A DNA stretch of 32,000 nucleotides from Synechocystis sp. PCC 6803 substr. PCC-P (lineage in GTDB: Bacteria; Cyanobacteriota; Cyanobacteriia; Cyanobacteriales; Microcystaceae). Shown piece by piece: positions 1 to 8,801 of this stretch. How positions within the stretch are numbered: position 1 is the first letter of the stretch; every line of letters begins with the position of its first letter. The DNA lies in the NCBI RefSeq assembly GCF_000284455.1, contig NC_017039.1, positions 120,001 to 152,000 on the forward strand, in the 5' to 3' direction. The notes beneath the pieces are model-generated. The model searched no databases and was not told the origin of the DNA. It saw only the letters and a program-made list of their open reading frames with translations. The translations under genes were made by a program, and so were the position numbers.

Positions 1-297
1 CAATTCTACCCCTAGCCTTGCTGCTGCGCTGATTTGGTGGGCTGGAACCTTCACTGTCCGGGGGTTAGCTTATATTAAGAATGTGATAATGAATGTTTCC
101 GCATTCTTGAAGGGATATGGCAAATGCCAAGACAGAGGTGGGATTTATTTCTGTAGGTAAACTGTGATGACCGTCATAATTTCCAAATTTCGAAACAATG
201 ATCATTGACCGTTTACGTTTAGCTCATCGTTATGGGTTGGGATTGGTTGTCCTCATTCCCGTAGTGGCGATTTAGGAGGGAATATCTTCTTAGAAGG

Positions 298-537
298 CTA
301 AGGGTTGGGGAAAAATGCAAACTTTGTCAAAATCCCCAGAAGTGCAATAAACATCCCCGAAATGAGAACCCATAAGCGGTTGTCCTGTTTATCAGCCTGT
401 TTTTTGAGGTCTGATAGGTTGGATTCTATTGCATTTAACCTTTCATCGATCCGAGCCTGATTAACGTCGATTTTTTTATCAAGCCCATTGATTAAGTCTT
501 TCAGTTCCTGTAGATCGGAATCAGTTATGGTTGCCAT
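298..537 (-). CDS. small tail-anchored coiled-coil protein (79 aa), function unknown
   Basis: ATG ORF. On the minus strand an AAGGAG sits 11 nt upstream of the ATG (plus-strand ctcctt at 549-554). The N-terminal ~55 aa have heptad-like spacing of charged and hydrophobic residues (DLQELKDLINGLDKKIDVNQARIDERLNAIESNLSDLKK). A single C-terminal hydrophobic helix follows (LWVLISGMFIALLGILTKFAFF). The topology resembles XhlA-type small membrane proteins, but I cannot show homology. Confidence 0.5.
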   Translation of the reverse strand: MATITDSDLQELKDLINGLDKKIDVNQARIDERLNAIESNLSDLKKQADKQDNRLWVLISGMFIALLGILTKFAFFPNP

Positions 538-718
538 GATGAGTTAGACTCCTTGTAGACATTAGATGTTGGATTTTTGCCCCTAGATGGAGAGAGTTTA
601 CAGCTTCTTCTTTTCTGCTTTTAGGGTAACGGATCAGACTCGGTCCCACGACTGCTATCAAACTATGTGACCCTTTTTGATGGTGAAAGAGTAAGAATCA
701 CATAACAACTTCTTCCCT

Positions 719-1660
719 ATGTTCCTCCCTTCCCCTAACAATTTATCTGGGCTTAACCAAAATATCCTCGAAGAACTTCTGCGGGATAAAAGATCGCCTA
801 ATACCAGGAGGACCTATGCCAAAGCGTTAAAGGATTTTTTTCTCACCATGGCCGGCGAAGAACCGTCCCCAGATGTCATTGCCTGGTTTTTGAGCTTGGA
901 TCATTTCCAGGCGATCGCCATGGTTTTACGCTATCGAGCAGAGTTACTAGCCAAGGATCTCAAACCAGCCACCATTAATGTGCGATTGGCAGCAATTAAA
1001 AGCCTAGTGAACTATGCCCGGCGGGTAGGAAAATGCCAGTACACCCTAGAAGATGTGGAAGGTTTAAAAGCAGAAACCTATCGGGATACCACCGGAGTTA
1101 GTCCCACTTCCTTCAAACAAATCACCGACCACATTACCCCTGATTCCCTCAAAGGTAAGCGGGATTTAGCCATTATGCGTTTGCTCTGGGACAATGCCCT
1201 GCGGCGGGCGGAAGTTTGTGGACTTAACGTCGGGGACTATCAACCAACAGAGCGGCAATTACTAATTAAAGGCAAAGGAAAATTAGGCAAACAGGCCATC
1301 ACCCTCAGCGCCAAGGGCATGGCTTTAATCAACCAATGGTTAACTGCCATTGGCCCCCGCCCAAAAAATGAACCCCTATTTTGCACCCTAGACCGGGCAA
1401 CTTTTGGCCATCGTCTTAGTGGCAATGCCATCTATAACCTTGTCCGCACCAGTGCCGAATCCGCCGGCATTCATAAAGTTATGAGTCCCCACCGAGTCCG
1501 CCACAGCGCCATCACCGCCGCCCTAGAAGCCACCAATGGCGATACCCGCAAAGTGCAAAAACTCAGTCGCCACAGCAATCTAAATACTCTGATGATCTAC
1601 GACGATAACCGTCACCAGCACCAGGCTCAAATCACTGATATTCTGGCGGATCTGCTCTAA
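719..1660 (+). CDS. tyrosine recombinase / phage-integrase family (XerC/XerD-like), 313 aa
   Basis: An N-terminal SAM-like core-binding region is present (RRTYAKALKDFF...ATINVRLAAIKSL). The catalytic domain shows the expected signature: R in LRRAEVCGL, HRVRHSAIT (HxxR), and SRHSNLNTLMIYDD (H/W...Y nucleophile). One HIP1 copy lies at 911-918. Confidence 0.9.
   Translation: MFLPSPNNLSGLNQNILEELLRDKRSPNTRRTYAKALKDFFLTMAGEEPSPDVIAWFLSLDHFQAIAMVLRYRAELLAKDLKPATINVRLAAIKSLVNYARRVGKCQYTLEDVEGLKAETYRDTTGVSPTSFKQITDHITPDSLKGKRDLAIMRLLWDNALRRAEVCGLNVGDYQPTERQLLIKGKGKLGKQAITLSAKGMALINQWLTAIGPRPKNEPLFCTLDRATFGHRLSGNAIYNLVRTSAESAGIHKVMSPHRVRHSAITAALEATNGDTRKVQKLSRHSNLNTLMIYDDNRHQHQAQITDILADLL
911..918. 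repeat. HIP1 (GCGATCGC) highly iterated palindrome; representative copy of at least 29 perfect copies
   Basis: Perfect GCGATCGC copies found by eye start at 911, 1749, 2549, 3190, 7906, 8545, 8895, 9675, 10383, 10644, 10900, 12611, 13776, 13966, 15127, 15626, 18218, 20461, 22379, 22928, 23125, 24848, 26364, 27061, 27403, 28296, 30790, 31017 and 31620. That is roughly one per kb, mostly inside genes. None lies in the IS at 3475-4420 or in 20536-21647. Confidence 0.9.
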
Positions 1661-1705
1661 ATTTTCTGGCTTATGGGAGAAATTACCGAAATTTCTTCAA
1701 TTTTT

Positions 1706-1990
1706 CTAGCCAAACTTTTCCATCATCGTTTTAGCCCGTTTATGGTTGGCGATCGCCTGACGAAATTCAGCCTTCTGCTTAGCCTGTTCCAGAATTGCAG
1801 TCCAGGCCTCTTTGTCCTCTATATAGTGTTCGAATAAAGCCTCAAATAAAACTTCCCTGCTCAAACCTTCCTTCGCACAGAGCTTGGTGAGCCGCTCCAT
1901 CATCTTGCTCTCCAGGCGAATGGTGGTCTGCTTGGTGGAAAAATTTTTGCTGACTTTGCTCACAGAATTTAAGTTACTAGACTTCGACAT
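1706..1990 (-). CDS. ribbon-helix-helix (CopG/Arc/ParG-like) DNA-binding protein, 94 aa
   Basis: The pattern TTIRLESKMMERLTKLCAKEGLSREVLFEALFEHYI fits beta-strand, helix, helix. The N- and C-terminal tails are basic. The gene is convergent with the recombinase with a 45-bp gap. Its start abuts a very AT-rich tract. The fold is assigned from pattern only. Confidence 0.55.
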   Translation of the reverse strand: MSKSSNLNSVSKVSKNFSTKQTTIRLESKMMERLTKLCAKEGLSREVLFEALFEHYIEDKEAWTAILEQAKQKAEFRQAIANHKRAKTMMEKFG

Positions 1991-2286
1991 ACTTAAAGTT
2001 TTTGAATAATTTACAATTGCTTGCCTAAGTTTACAGTAATCTACTAGCTTTTAATTTTTATAGTCTAGATACCTAGATAACTAAAATTCTAAACTCTTAA
2101 GTTAAAGTATTTAAGATATTTATAATTCTAGCAACTAAGGTTGCTTTTGACAAAATTTTTTCTACTATCGACCGGGCGAAAGATGAAAGGTTATTTACTG
2201 GGAGACGGGGTCAAGGACGTTTTGAGGTGAGAGCAAAATCGAGATCTGCCCTATGATCAAGATTCGAGCAACAGAGAAACTAACCT

Positions 2287-3405
2287 ATGCCAAACATTGC
2301 CGTTATTGGGGCGGGGGTTGTAGGGGCCGCCATCGCCTATGAGCTGAGTCTCATGTCAGGCTTAACTATTGACCTGTTTGATGCCCAAGAACCAGCCCAG
2401 GGAGCTACCGGAGCGGCTCTAGGCATTTTGATGGCAGTCATTAGCCAGAAAACCAAGGGCAGGGGTTGGCGATTACGGGAACAGAGTTTACAGAGATACC
2501 GCACGCTTTTACCGGAACTAGAAACTGCCACAGGCAAAACCATTCCCGGCGATCGCCAAGGCTTAGTAAAAATTCTGCTGGAGGCGGATTGGTCCCGTTG
2601 GCAACAATTGCAAGCTGTCCGTCGGAGCCAAGGCTATCCTCTGGAATTGTGGACTAGGCCGGAAGTTGAGCAGAAATTATCTGGTTGGCCTTTGGGTTAC
2701 GGGCCCATCGCCGGAGCAATCTATTCCCCTTGGGATTGGCAAATTCAGCCCCAAGCCCTCACCCAACGATTAATTGAAGCAGCTCAACAACGGGGAGTGC
2801 GTTGTCATTTCCACCAAGCTGCTCATCCTTTGCCTGTTGCCGATTCTATCAATCACTGCCAGAACATTCAAACTAACCAAGCCAAATTTCCAACGGATTA
2901 TGTTGTGATCACCGCAGGGCTAGGCAGTAACCTCCTGATCAACCCCAACAGCGATAACAATGAGTCGTTGCAGTTACAGCCGGTGATTGGCCAAGCCTTT
3001 TTGTTGCAACTTGCTGATGCTGATAATCCCCTGAAAAATTCTCCTTGGCGATCGGTCCTGACCACTGAAGATATTCACCTAGTTCCCCTGGCCAATGGCC
3101 AATTTTGGTTGGGGGCCACCGTCGAATTTCCCTCTGACTGTGCCAACGGAGAACCCAATGTCCAACTAAGGGAAAACCTTTGGCACCAGGCGATCGCCTA
3201 TTATCCATTTTTGGAACGGGCGGAAATTATTAATTATTGGAGTGGTAAACGTCCCCGGCCGGTGGGGGAAAGTGCGCCAGTAATCCGTCCCCTAGATGGC
3301 TATGACAATGTTCTATTGGCCACTGGCCATTACCGCAATGGCGTTCTCCTCGCCCCAGGTACAGCCCAGGAAGTAAAAACTTGGTTGAAGGCAAAGTTAG
3401 CCTAG
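2287..3405 (+). CDS. FAD-dependent oxidoreductase, DAO family (glycine oxidase ThiO-like), 372 aa
   Basis: The N-terminal Rossmann dinucleotide motif is IAVIGAGVVGAAIAYEL. The C-terminal LLATGHYRNGVLLAPGTA resembles the GH(F/Y)RNG(I/V)LLAP motif of ThiO-type glycine oxidases. Substrate cannot be assigned from sequence alone. Confidence 0.8.
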   Translation: MPNIAVIGAGVVGAAIAYELSLMSGLTIDLFDAQEPAQGATGAALGILMAVISQKTKGRGWRLREQSLQRYRTLLPELETATGKTIPGDRQGLVKILLEADWSRWQQLQAVRRSQGYPLELWTRPEVEQKLSGWPLGYGPIAGAIYSPWDWQIQPQALTQRLIEAAQQRGVRCHFHQAAHPLPVADSINHCQNIQTNQAKFPTDYVVITAGLGSNLLINPNSDNNESLQLQPVIGQAFLLQLADADNPLKNSPWRSVLTTEDIHLVPLANGQFWLGATVEFPSDCANGEPNVQLRENLWHQAIAYYPFLERAEIINYWSGKRPRPVGESAPVIRPLDGYDNVLLATGHYRNGVLLAPGTAQEVKTWLKAKLA

Positions 3406-3500
3406 ACAACAGACCGCATCCTAGGCCGGAGGGAAGTTCTAAGTTCAGTGTGAATAGCGTAAATTTTCCACTTATAGTAGTTTCAAATAAAGCTGAGACG

Positions 3501-3995
3501 CTAAACGCCACAGTAAGAACGGATAATTTCATCAAGAGACGTGTCAATAGGAGCGTACATTCTAGCTCGTTTCAAGGCACTAAAGTCATGCTCAATATCA
3601 TTTAAATCAGGAGAATATTTCGGCAAAAAAAGAACTTCATGACCTGCTTCTTTAGCCAATTCTTTAATGGCAGTTTTACGATGAATAGGAGCATTATCCA
3701 TTATTAATATTGATGGAATGTCGAGGGAGGGTAGCAAATATAATTTTAACCATCCTTCAAAGCCTTCTGCATTCAAACTCCCGGTAAAAACCATCGGCGC
3801 AATCAAATCTTTTTTTCCTTTTCTTCTCCCTGCTACTAGATTTTCTCTGACTCCCCTTTTTCCTTGTCTATCTCCATAAACTTTTTTTCCTTTTTTTGAC
3901 CAGGCATAAATACAAGCCTGGATTGCTTCGAATCCAGATTCATCTATGTAAACTATAGCTTGACTACCATAGAGCTTAATTAGTTCTCTTAACAT
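3501..3995 (-). CDS. ISY100-like transposase, DDE catalytic part (orfB, 164 aa from first ATG)
   Basis: The catalytic part carries IVYIDESG, ILIMDNAPIH and PKYSPDLNDIEHDF, which form a DD(34-ish)E-type triad typical of IS630/Tc1. Upstream of its ATG the frame stays open and reads ELRYRERNREERVKYYR back to the A9 run. Confidence 0.85.
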   Translation of the reverse strand: MLRELIKLYGSQAIVYIDESGFEAIQACIYAWSKKGKKVYGDRQGKRGVRENLVAGRRKGKKDLIAPMVFTGSLNAEGFEGWLKLYLLPSLDIPSILIMDNAPIHRKTAIKELAKEAGHEVLFLPKYSPDLNDIEHDFSALKRARMYAPIDTSLDEIIRSYCGV

Positions 3996-4348
3996 TCTAT
4001 AGTACTTAACTCGTTCCTCCCGGTTTCTTTCTCGATAACGTAGTTCTTTTTTTTTCTGTTTATTTTCATTTTCTTTAATGCGTAATATACGGCACTCGGC
4101 CTCACTCCAAATTTCTTGGCTCTGTCTATCAATCTTGCATCGGGATTTTCTTCTACGTCTTTTTTTAGAGCTTCCCAGTCTAATTTCCTATGGCGACGCT
4201 CTACTTTTGTTGGGCTTAAATCTACTCTATTTAACCATCTGTATATCGAGGCTTTTCCTATTTTATATATCTTGGAAGCCTCAGTTATTTTTCCTCCAGC
4301 TTCTATATAAGCTACTACCCTTTGCCTTAAATCTAAACTGTAAGCCAT
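3989..4348 (-). CDS. ISY100-like transposase, N-terminal HTH part (orfA, 119 aa as written)
   Basis: MAYSLDLRQRVVAYIEAGGKITEASKIYKIGKASIYRWL is a typical IS630 N-terminal helix-turn-helix region. This frame ends 7 nt after the orfB ATG. The downstream frame is already open from the A9 run (plus-strand T9 at 4047-4055). Confidence 0.85.
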   Translation of the reverse strand: MAYSLDLRQRVVAYIEAGGKITEASKIYKIGKASIYRWLNRVDLSPTKVERRHRKLDWEALKKDVEENPDARLIDRAKKFGVRPSAVYYALKKMKINRKKKNYVIEKETGRNELSTIEC

Positions 4349-4451
4349 TGTTTAAACCTGTTCATTTTGTACACTCCATAATTTTACATTAAATTCTCTC
4401 ATCGTTAATTGAAATGACTATACTTTGGGATCAGGGTTGTCAAAGCGAAAC

Positions 4452-6443
4452 CTAGCCCACCACCATCAACATGGATTGATACACGGCCAGATCAAACCAA
4501 AAAGTAGTACCCACCCCCACCTCACTGACTAAATGGATTTGGCTTTGATGTTTGGCAATGATATTTTTGACAATGGAAAGCCCCAACCCAGTACCCTCCA
4601 AAGTGTGAACCCGGTTTTCCACCCGATAGAACCGCTCAAAAATGGCCGCCTGATCCTCTGGGTCAATGCCGATGCCAGTGTCAGAAATTTCCACCCGTAC
4701 TAGGCCAGGACCATCCTCTGCTCTAAGGTTACTACGGTGGAGGGGATAGGCTCGGACAATGATTTTTCCGCCGGCTTTAGTGAATTTAAACGAATTACCA
4801 ATTAAATTGGTCATTACCTGCAGGAGTAGGTCGTAGTTACCCAGAGCGAAGGGGAGATCCGGGTCCAAAATTTTTTCTAACTGTAGTTGTTTGTCCTTAG
4901 CATTAAGTTGGTAACTACGTAAGCTTTGTTCAATTAGCTGGTACAAATCAACTGCATCTAACTGGTAAATTTTGGAAGACTCTAGCTTGGATAAATCAAG
5001 GACATCGTTAACCAAACGACTCAGGCGATCGGTTTCGTGGTTAGCGGTTTCTAGGAATTCTTTACGCTCCACTTCGCTCAAATCTTCCCCAAACTCACTC
5101 AAGGTTTCAATGAAGGATTTGATATTAAACAAGGGAGTTCGTAATTCGTGGGAAACATTGCTAATGAACTGACTTTTGGCTTCATTTAATTCCACTTCCC
5201 TAGTAATATCCTGCACCATCATGACAATGCCCCGTAAATTTTCCCTGTTCTGATCCAACACCTGGGTCAACATCAGACGAATGGTGCGGGGAAACGGTTG
5301 GGTCAGGCTAATGCGAAATTCTTCCGGGGCGTAGGTTTTATCCTGCTCCTCTTCCTGAGGCCCATGGCCGGGGGAAAACAGCAAACTTCCTTGGTCAGCG
5401 GCCAATTCCCTCAGGGGTTGGGTAAGTTGGGCCGTGATTTCCGGTGGCAAATTTTCCAGGAGATTTTCGCCAATAATTGGCTTATTTTCCCAGGCGAATA
5501 GGCGACGGGCAGTGGGATTGACCAACAAAAGTTGCAAATTGGTGTCCACTAACATGGCCCCATCGGCGATCGTGGAAACAAGGGTGTCTAGCTTCGCCTT
5601 CTCCGCAGTCAACTCTTCAATATTTTGGGCTTCATAACGCTCCAGCCGCTCCGCCATCTCGTTGAAGTTAACGATTAATTCCCCCAATTCTCCCCCAAAG
5701 GGCAAGGTGATTCTCTGCTTGAAGTTCCCAGCAGCGATGTTCTTTACTCCTAGCAGCAGTTCTTTAATGGGCTGGGTAATAGTTAGGGCATTGAATACAG
5801 CTCCGAGAATTACCATCACCCAAATGGAAATAAAAACTGCAATGGTCACATCCCTGGTTAGGTTAGAAGAGTTGACCGCAGCGGGGTTGGGGTTGATACC
5901 AATCGCCAGAACTCCGAGGAACTTGCCCTGGTATTGGAGGGGAATAAACACATCGGTGACATCGCCATTGGGAGTGTGGTGTTGCCGTACAAAAGGCTGG
6001 TCAAAATTATGGGGATCAATCTGGGGTAATTCGATGCGCCGCTCTAGGGTGAGGGAGTTTTGAACCGTTTCTTCAGAGTAGGGAATACCAAAAAAGATCT
6101 TGCCAGAGGGGTCCGCATAGATCATGTAGCGGATATTAGAAGTATTTTCGTAAAAGCGACTGGAAAACCGGGCCACCTCCGTCAGATTTTTATCCGCAAT
6201 CATAGGGGCAACATTGGCCGCCAACAACAAACCCACATCCCGGCCAAAACGGGTATTCACCAATTGGGCATCCTCTTGGATCGTATTTACTGCCCAAAAA
6301 GTTAGCCCACTCATTAACAGGGACACCACCAAGGTGGCCGCGGCCATCAACCGGGTTTGTAGGTTGAACTCAGACCACCATTTACGCAGAAAACCCTGCA
6401 TAGTCTGCAAAATCGCCGTTGGATTGGACACAGAAGTCCCCAT
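4452..6443 (-). CDS. hik33: membrane sensor histidine kinase with HAMP and PAS domains (Hik33/NblS/DspA type), 663 aa
   Basis: Two TM helices bracket a periplasmic/lumenal loop. A HAMP-like segment follows (PIKELLLGVKNIAAGNF...NEMAERL), then a PAS region. The HisKA H-box is SHELRTPL. HATPase motifs are NLIGNSFKFT, DTGIGI and GTGLGLSIV. The length, the N-terminus and the divergent psaD neighbour match my memory of Synechocystis Hik33. Confidence 0.85.
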   Translation of the reverse strand: MGTSVSNPTAILQTMQGFLRKWWSEFNLQTRLMAAATLVVSLLMSGLTFWAVNTIQEDAQLVNTRFGRDVGLLLAANVAPMIADKNLTEVARFSSRFYENTSNIRYMIYADPSGKIFFGIPYSEETVQNSLTLERRIELPQIDPHNFDQPFVRQHHTPNGDVTDVFIPLQYQGKFLGVLAIGINPNPAAVNSSNLTRDVTIAVFISIWVMVILGAVFNALTITQPIKELLLGVKNIAAGNFKQRITLPFGGELGELIVNFNEMAERLERYEAQNIEELTAEKAKLDTLVSTIADGAMLVDTNLQLLLVNPTARRLFAWENKPIIGENLLENLPPEITAQLTQPLRELAADQGSLLFSPGHGPQEEEQDKTYAPEEFRISLTQPFPRTIRLMLTQVLDQNRENLRGIVMMVQDITREVELNEAKSQFISNVSHELRTPLFNIKSFIETLSEFGEDLSEVERKEFLETANHETDRLSRLVNDVLDLSKLESSKIYQLDAVDLYQLIEQSLRSYQLNAKDKQLQLEKILDPDLPFALGNYDLLLQVMTNLIGNSFKFTKAGGKIIVRAYPLHRSNLRAEDGPGLVRVEISDTGIGIDPEDQAAIFERFYRVENRVHTLEGTGLGLSIVKNIIAKHQSQIHLVSEVGVGTTFWFDLAVYQSMLMVVG

Positions 6444-6551
6444 AATCTCCTTGCCAAAACTCCTATGATTCTATCTCGATTACACCAACCTACTGGGCGT
6501 TCTAACAGAGATGCTCTACCCATTGTCCTGGGGAGCAGAATTTGGTGAAAT

Positions 6552-6569
6552 GTTACAGTTCTTGACAAA
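6552..6569 (+). promoter_or_regulatory. HLR1-like direct repeat (candidate RpaB box) upstream of psaD
   Basis: GTTACAGT tc TTGACAAA against the HLR1 consensus (G/T)TTACA(T/A)(T/A)NN(G/T)TTACA(T/A)(T/A) gives 14/16 matches. It lies 70-87 nt upstream of the psaD ATG. A TAAAAT -10-like hexamer is at 6606-6611. The second half-site is also a perfect TTGACA -35 hexamer, so the reading is ambiguous. Confidence 0.5.
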
Positions 6570-6620
6570 GCCAGATGGTAACCGTAGGTCAGTGGTAGGA
6601 TTCCCTAAAATACCTTATGA

Positions 6621-7064
<444 letters not shown>

Positions 7065-7185
7065 TTCCTGGCTCTACTTGCTTGCGGAACTTGCACAATT
7101 GGCAGAAGTTTAACTAACGGGCGAATTTGTTAAAGGCACTACTGAACCTTTGACAGTTCGCTCTTTCAATGTTGGCAAAGGTTTT

Positions 7186-8712
7186 ATGATTTCCCCTGGG
7201 TTTTCTCACTTCACTGAACTCGCCCAACAAGGCAATTTTATTCCGGTGTATCAGGAATGGGTGGCGGATTTAGAAACGCCAGTTTCTGCTTGGTACAAAG
7301 TTTGCTCTAGCCAACCCTACAATTTTCTCCTGGAGTCGGTGGAAGGGGGAGAGAGTATTGGTCGCTATAGTTTTCTCGGTTGCGACCCCATGTGGGTGCT
7401 AGAAGCCAGGGGCGACGAAACTACCCAAGTTTTACGCAATGGGCAAACGGAAACCTTTCGGGGTAATCCCCTCGATATTTTGTCCCAATGTTTGGAATCA
7501 ATCCGTCCGGTGAATTTACCCCAACTACCTCCGGGCATTGGTGGGCTGTTTGGGGTTTGGGGTTATGAGCTGATTCGTTGGATGGAACCCAGGGTTCCTG
7601 TGTATGAACCCCAGCCGGAAGATCCACCCGATGGCATTTGGATGCAGGTGGACCATCTCCTCATTTTCGACCAGGTCAAACGCAAAATTTGGGCGATTGC
7701 CTTTGCGGATTTGCGGGGGGAAAATGTTGATTTGGAAACTGCCTATCGCAATGCTTGTCAACGGGTGACGAAATTAGTCCTGCAATTACAATTACCTCTG
7801 CCGCCGGAAGCCACCGCCCTGGAACTGCTCACCAAAACCCAACTTGAGGGTAAGGAACTGAACTACAGCAGTAATACGGAGCAAGAAAAGTTTTTAGAAG
7901 AAGTGGCGATCGCCAAGGATTACATCACAGCGGGGGACATTTTCCAGGTGGTGCTTTCCCAAAGACTTTCCACTATTTACCGGGATGATCCCTTCAAGCT
8001 CTACCGTTCCCTCAGGCTGATTAATCCTTCCCCCTACATGGCTTATTACAACTTTGGCCATTGGCAAATTATTGGCTCTAGCCCGGAGGTGATGGTCAAA
8101 GCCGATCGCCAACTGGATGGCAAATTAATGGCCACGGTACGCCCCATTGCTGGCACCAGACCCAGGGGCAAAACCCACCCAGAGGATGAACAGTTAGCCG
8201 AAGAATTGCTGAACGATCCCAAAGAAATCGCCGAACACGTCATGCTGGTGGATTTGGGTCGCAATGATTTGGGACGGGTTTGCGTTCAGGGCTCAGTCAA
8301 AGTGAATGAGTTGATGGTGATTGAACGTTATTCCCACGTCATGCACATAGTCAGTAACGTAGTGGGAGAACTGGCATCGGATAAAACCGCCTGGGATCTT
8401 TTGAAAGCTTGTTTTCCCGCTGGCACCGTCAGTGGTGCACCGAAAATTAGGGCCATGGAAATTATTAACGAGCTGGAACCGGAACGGCGGGGGCCCTACT
8501 CCGGAGTCTATGGCTACTATGATTTTGAAGGCCAGTTAAATACGGCGATCGCCATTCGGACCATGGTGGTGCAGGAACAGCCAGATGGAGCCCATCGGGT
8601 GTCGGTGCAGACCGGAGCTGGCATTGTGGCCGATTCCGATCCCCAAAAAGAGTATGAGGAAACTTTAAATAAAGCGAGGGGACTTTTGGAAGCCATTCGT
8701 GCCTTGTCCTAG
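7186..8712 (+). CDS. trpE: anthranilate synthase component I, 508 aa from ATG 7186 (ORF-track TTG at 7150 is an alternative start)
   Basis: Chorismate-binding enzyme signatures are present: LLESVEGGE, PSPYMAYYNF, IAGTRPRG, AEHVMLVDLGRND, GTVSGAPKIRAMEII and GAGIVADSDP. Confidence 0.93.
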   Translation: MISPGFSHFTELAQQGNFIPVYQEWVADLETPVSAWYKVCSSQPYNFLLESVEGGESIGRYSFLGCDPMWVLEARGDETTQVLRNGQTETFRGNPLDILSQCLESIRPVNLPQLPPGIGGLFGVWGYELIRWMEPRVPVYEPQPEDPPDGIWMQVDHLLIFDQVKRKIWAIAFADLRGENVDLETAYRNACQRVTKLVLQLQLPLPPEATALELLTKTQLEGKELNYSSNTEQEKFLEEVAIAKDYITAGDIFQVVLSQRLSTIYRDDPFKLYRSLRLINPSPYMAYYNFGHWQIIGSSPEVMVKADRQLDGKLMATVRPIAGTRPRGKTHPEDEQLAEELLNDPKEIAEHVMLVDLGRNDLGRVCVQGSVKVNELMVIERYSHVMHIVSNVVGELASDKTAWDLLKACFPAGTVSGAPKIRAMEIINELEPERRGPYSGVYGYYDFEGQLNTAIAIRTMVVQEQPDGAHRVSVQTGAGIVADSDPQKEYEETLNKARGLLEAIRALS

Positions 8713-8801
8713 GTTTCTTCCATCACCCCTACCTGTAAAATGGGCTCTAGTTGCCGCTCCCGGCCATTGCCCAACCCCGTTATTTAGTATCCAGTGACAG
8801 T

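Larger units (their letters stand above)
3475..4420 (-). mobile_element. IS630/Tc1-mariner family insertion sequence, ISY100-like, complete ends
   Basis: Imperfect terminal inverted repeats: tagtagtttcaaataaagct (3475-3494) against the reverse complement of 4401-4420, tagtcatttcaattaacgat (15/20 matches). TA dinucleotides flank both ends (3473-3474 and 4421-4422), as expected for IS630-family TA target duplication. The element encodes a DDE transposase in two frames. No HIP1 copy lies inside. Confidence 0.9.

Noticed and set aside
2-160. Open frame from the window edge to TAA at 158-160 (NSTPSLAAALIWWAGTFTVRGLAYIKNV...), possibly the 3' end of an upstream gene
   Set aside because: It has only 52 codons, no motif, and a stop-free run of that length is not rare by chance. 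It cannot be supported without upstream sequence.
198-275. 25-codon ORF encoding a basic-then-hydrophobic peptide (MIIDRLRLAHRYGLGLVVLIPVVAI), superficially like a type I toxin, convergent with the 79-aa gene
   Set aside because: There is no Shine-Dalgarno sequence, no evident antisense partner or promoter, and no way to test conservation here. Such short ORFs arise by chance.
2160-2286. Possible TPP riboswitch in the leader of the ThiO-like oxidase gene (ctgggagacgggg...gaggtgagag)
   Set aside because: Only a vague resemblance to the CUGAGA element is present. The conserved ACCUGAUCUGGAUAAUGCCAGCG pyrimidine-sensor helix is absent, and I could not build the P1-P5 architecture.
3230-3605. 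ORFs 3230-3547 (minus) and 3381-3605 (plus) bridging the oxidase 3' end and the IS end
   Set aside because: They cross the IS boundary at 3475 and overlap real coding sequence on each side. They are artefacts of juxtaposition.
4078-4392. Plus-strand ORFs of 104 and 64 aa inside the IS, antisense to orfA
   Set aside because: The translations are Leu/Phe/Ser-rich, produced by the complement of a Lys/Glu-rich gene. No IS630 element is known to me to need an antisense protein.
4972-6568. Plus-strand ORFs (66-133 aa) antisense to the histidine kinase gene, and a 73-aa minus ORF across its start
   Set aside because: They are shadow ORFs of a clearly real 663-aa gene. They have no start-site context or recognisable domains.
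7065-7149. Looked for a strong intrinsic terminator after the highly expressed psaD
   Set aside because: Only weak, bulged stems (agttcc/ggaact and aacttgc/gcagaagtt) without a U-tract were found. That is not enough to call a terminator.
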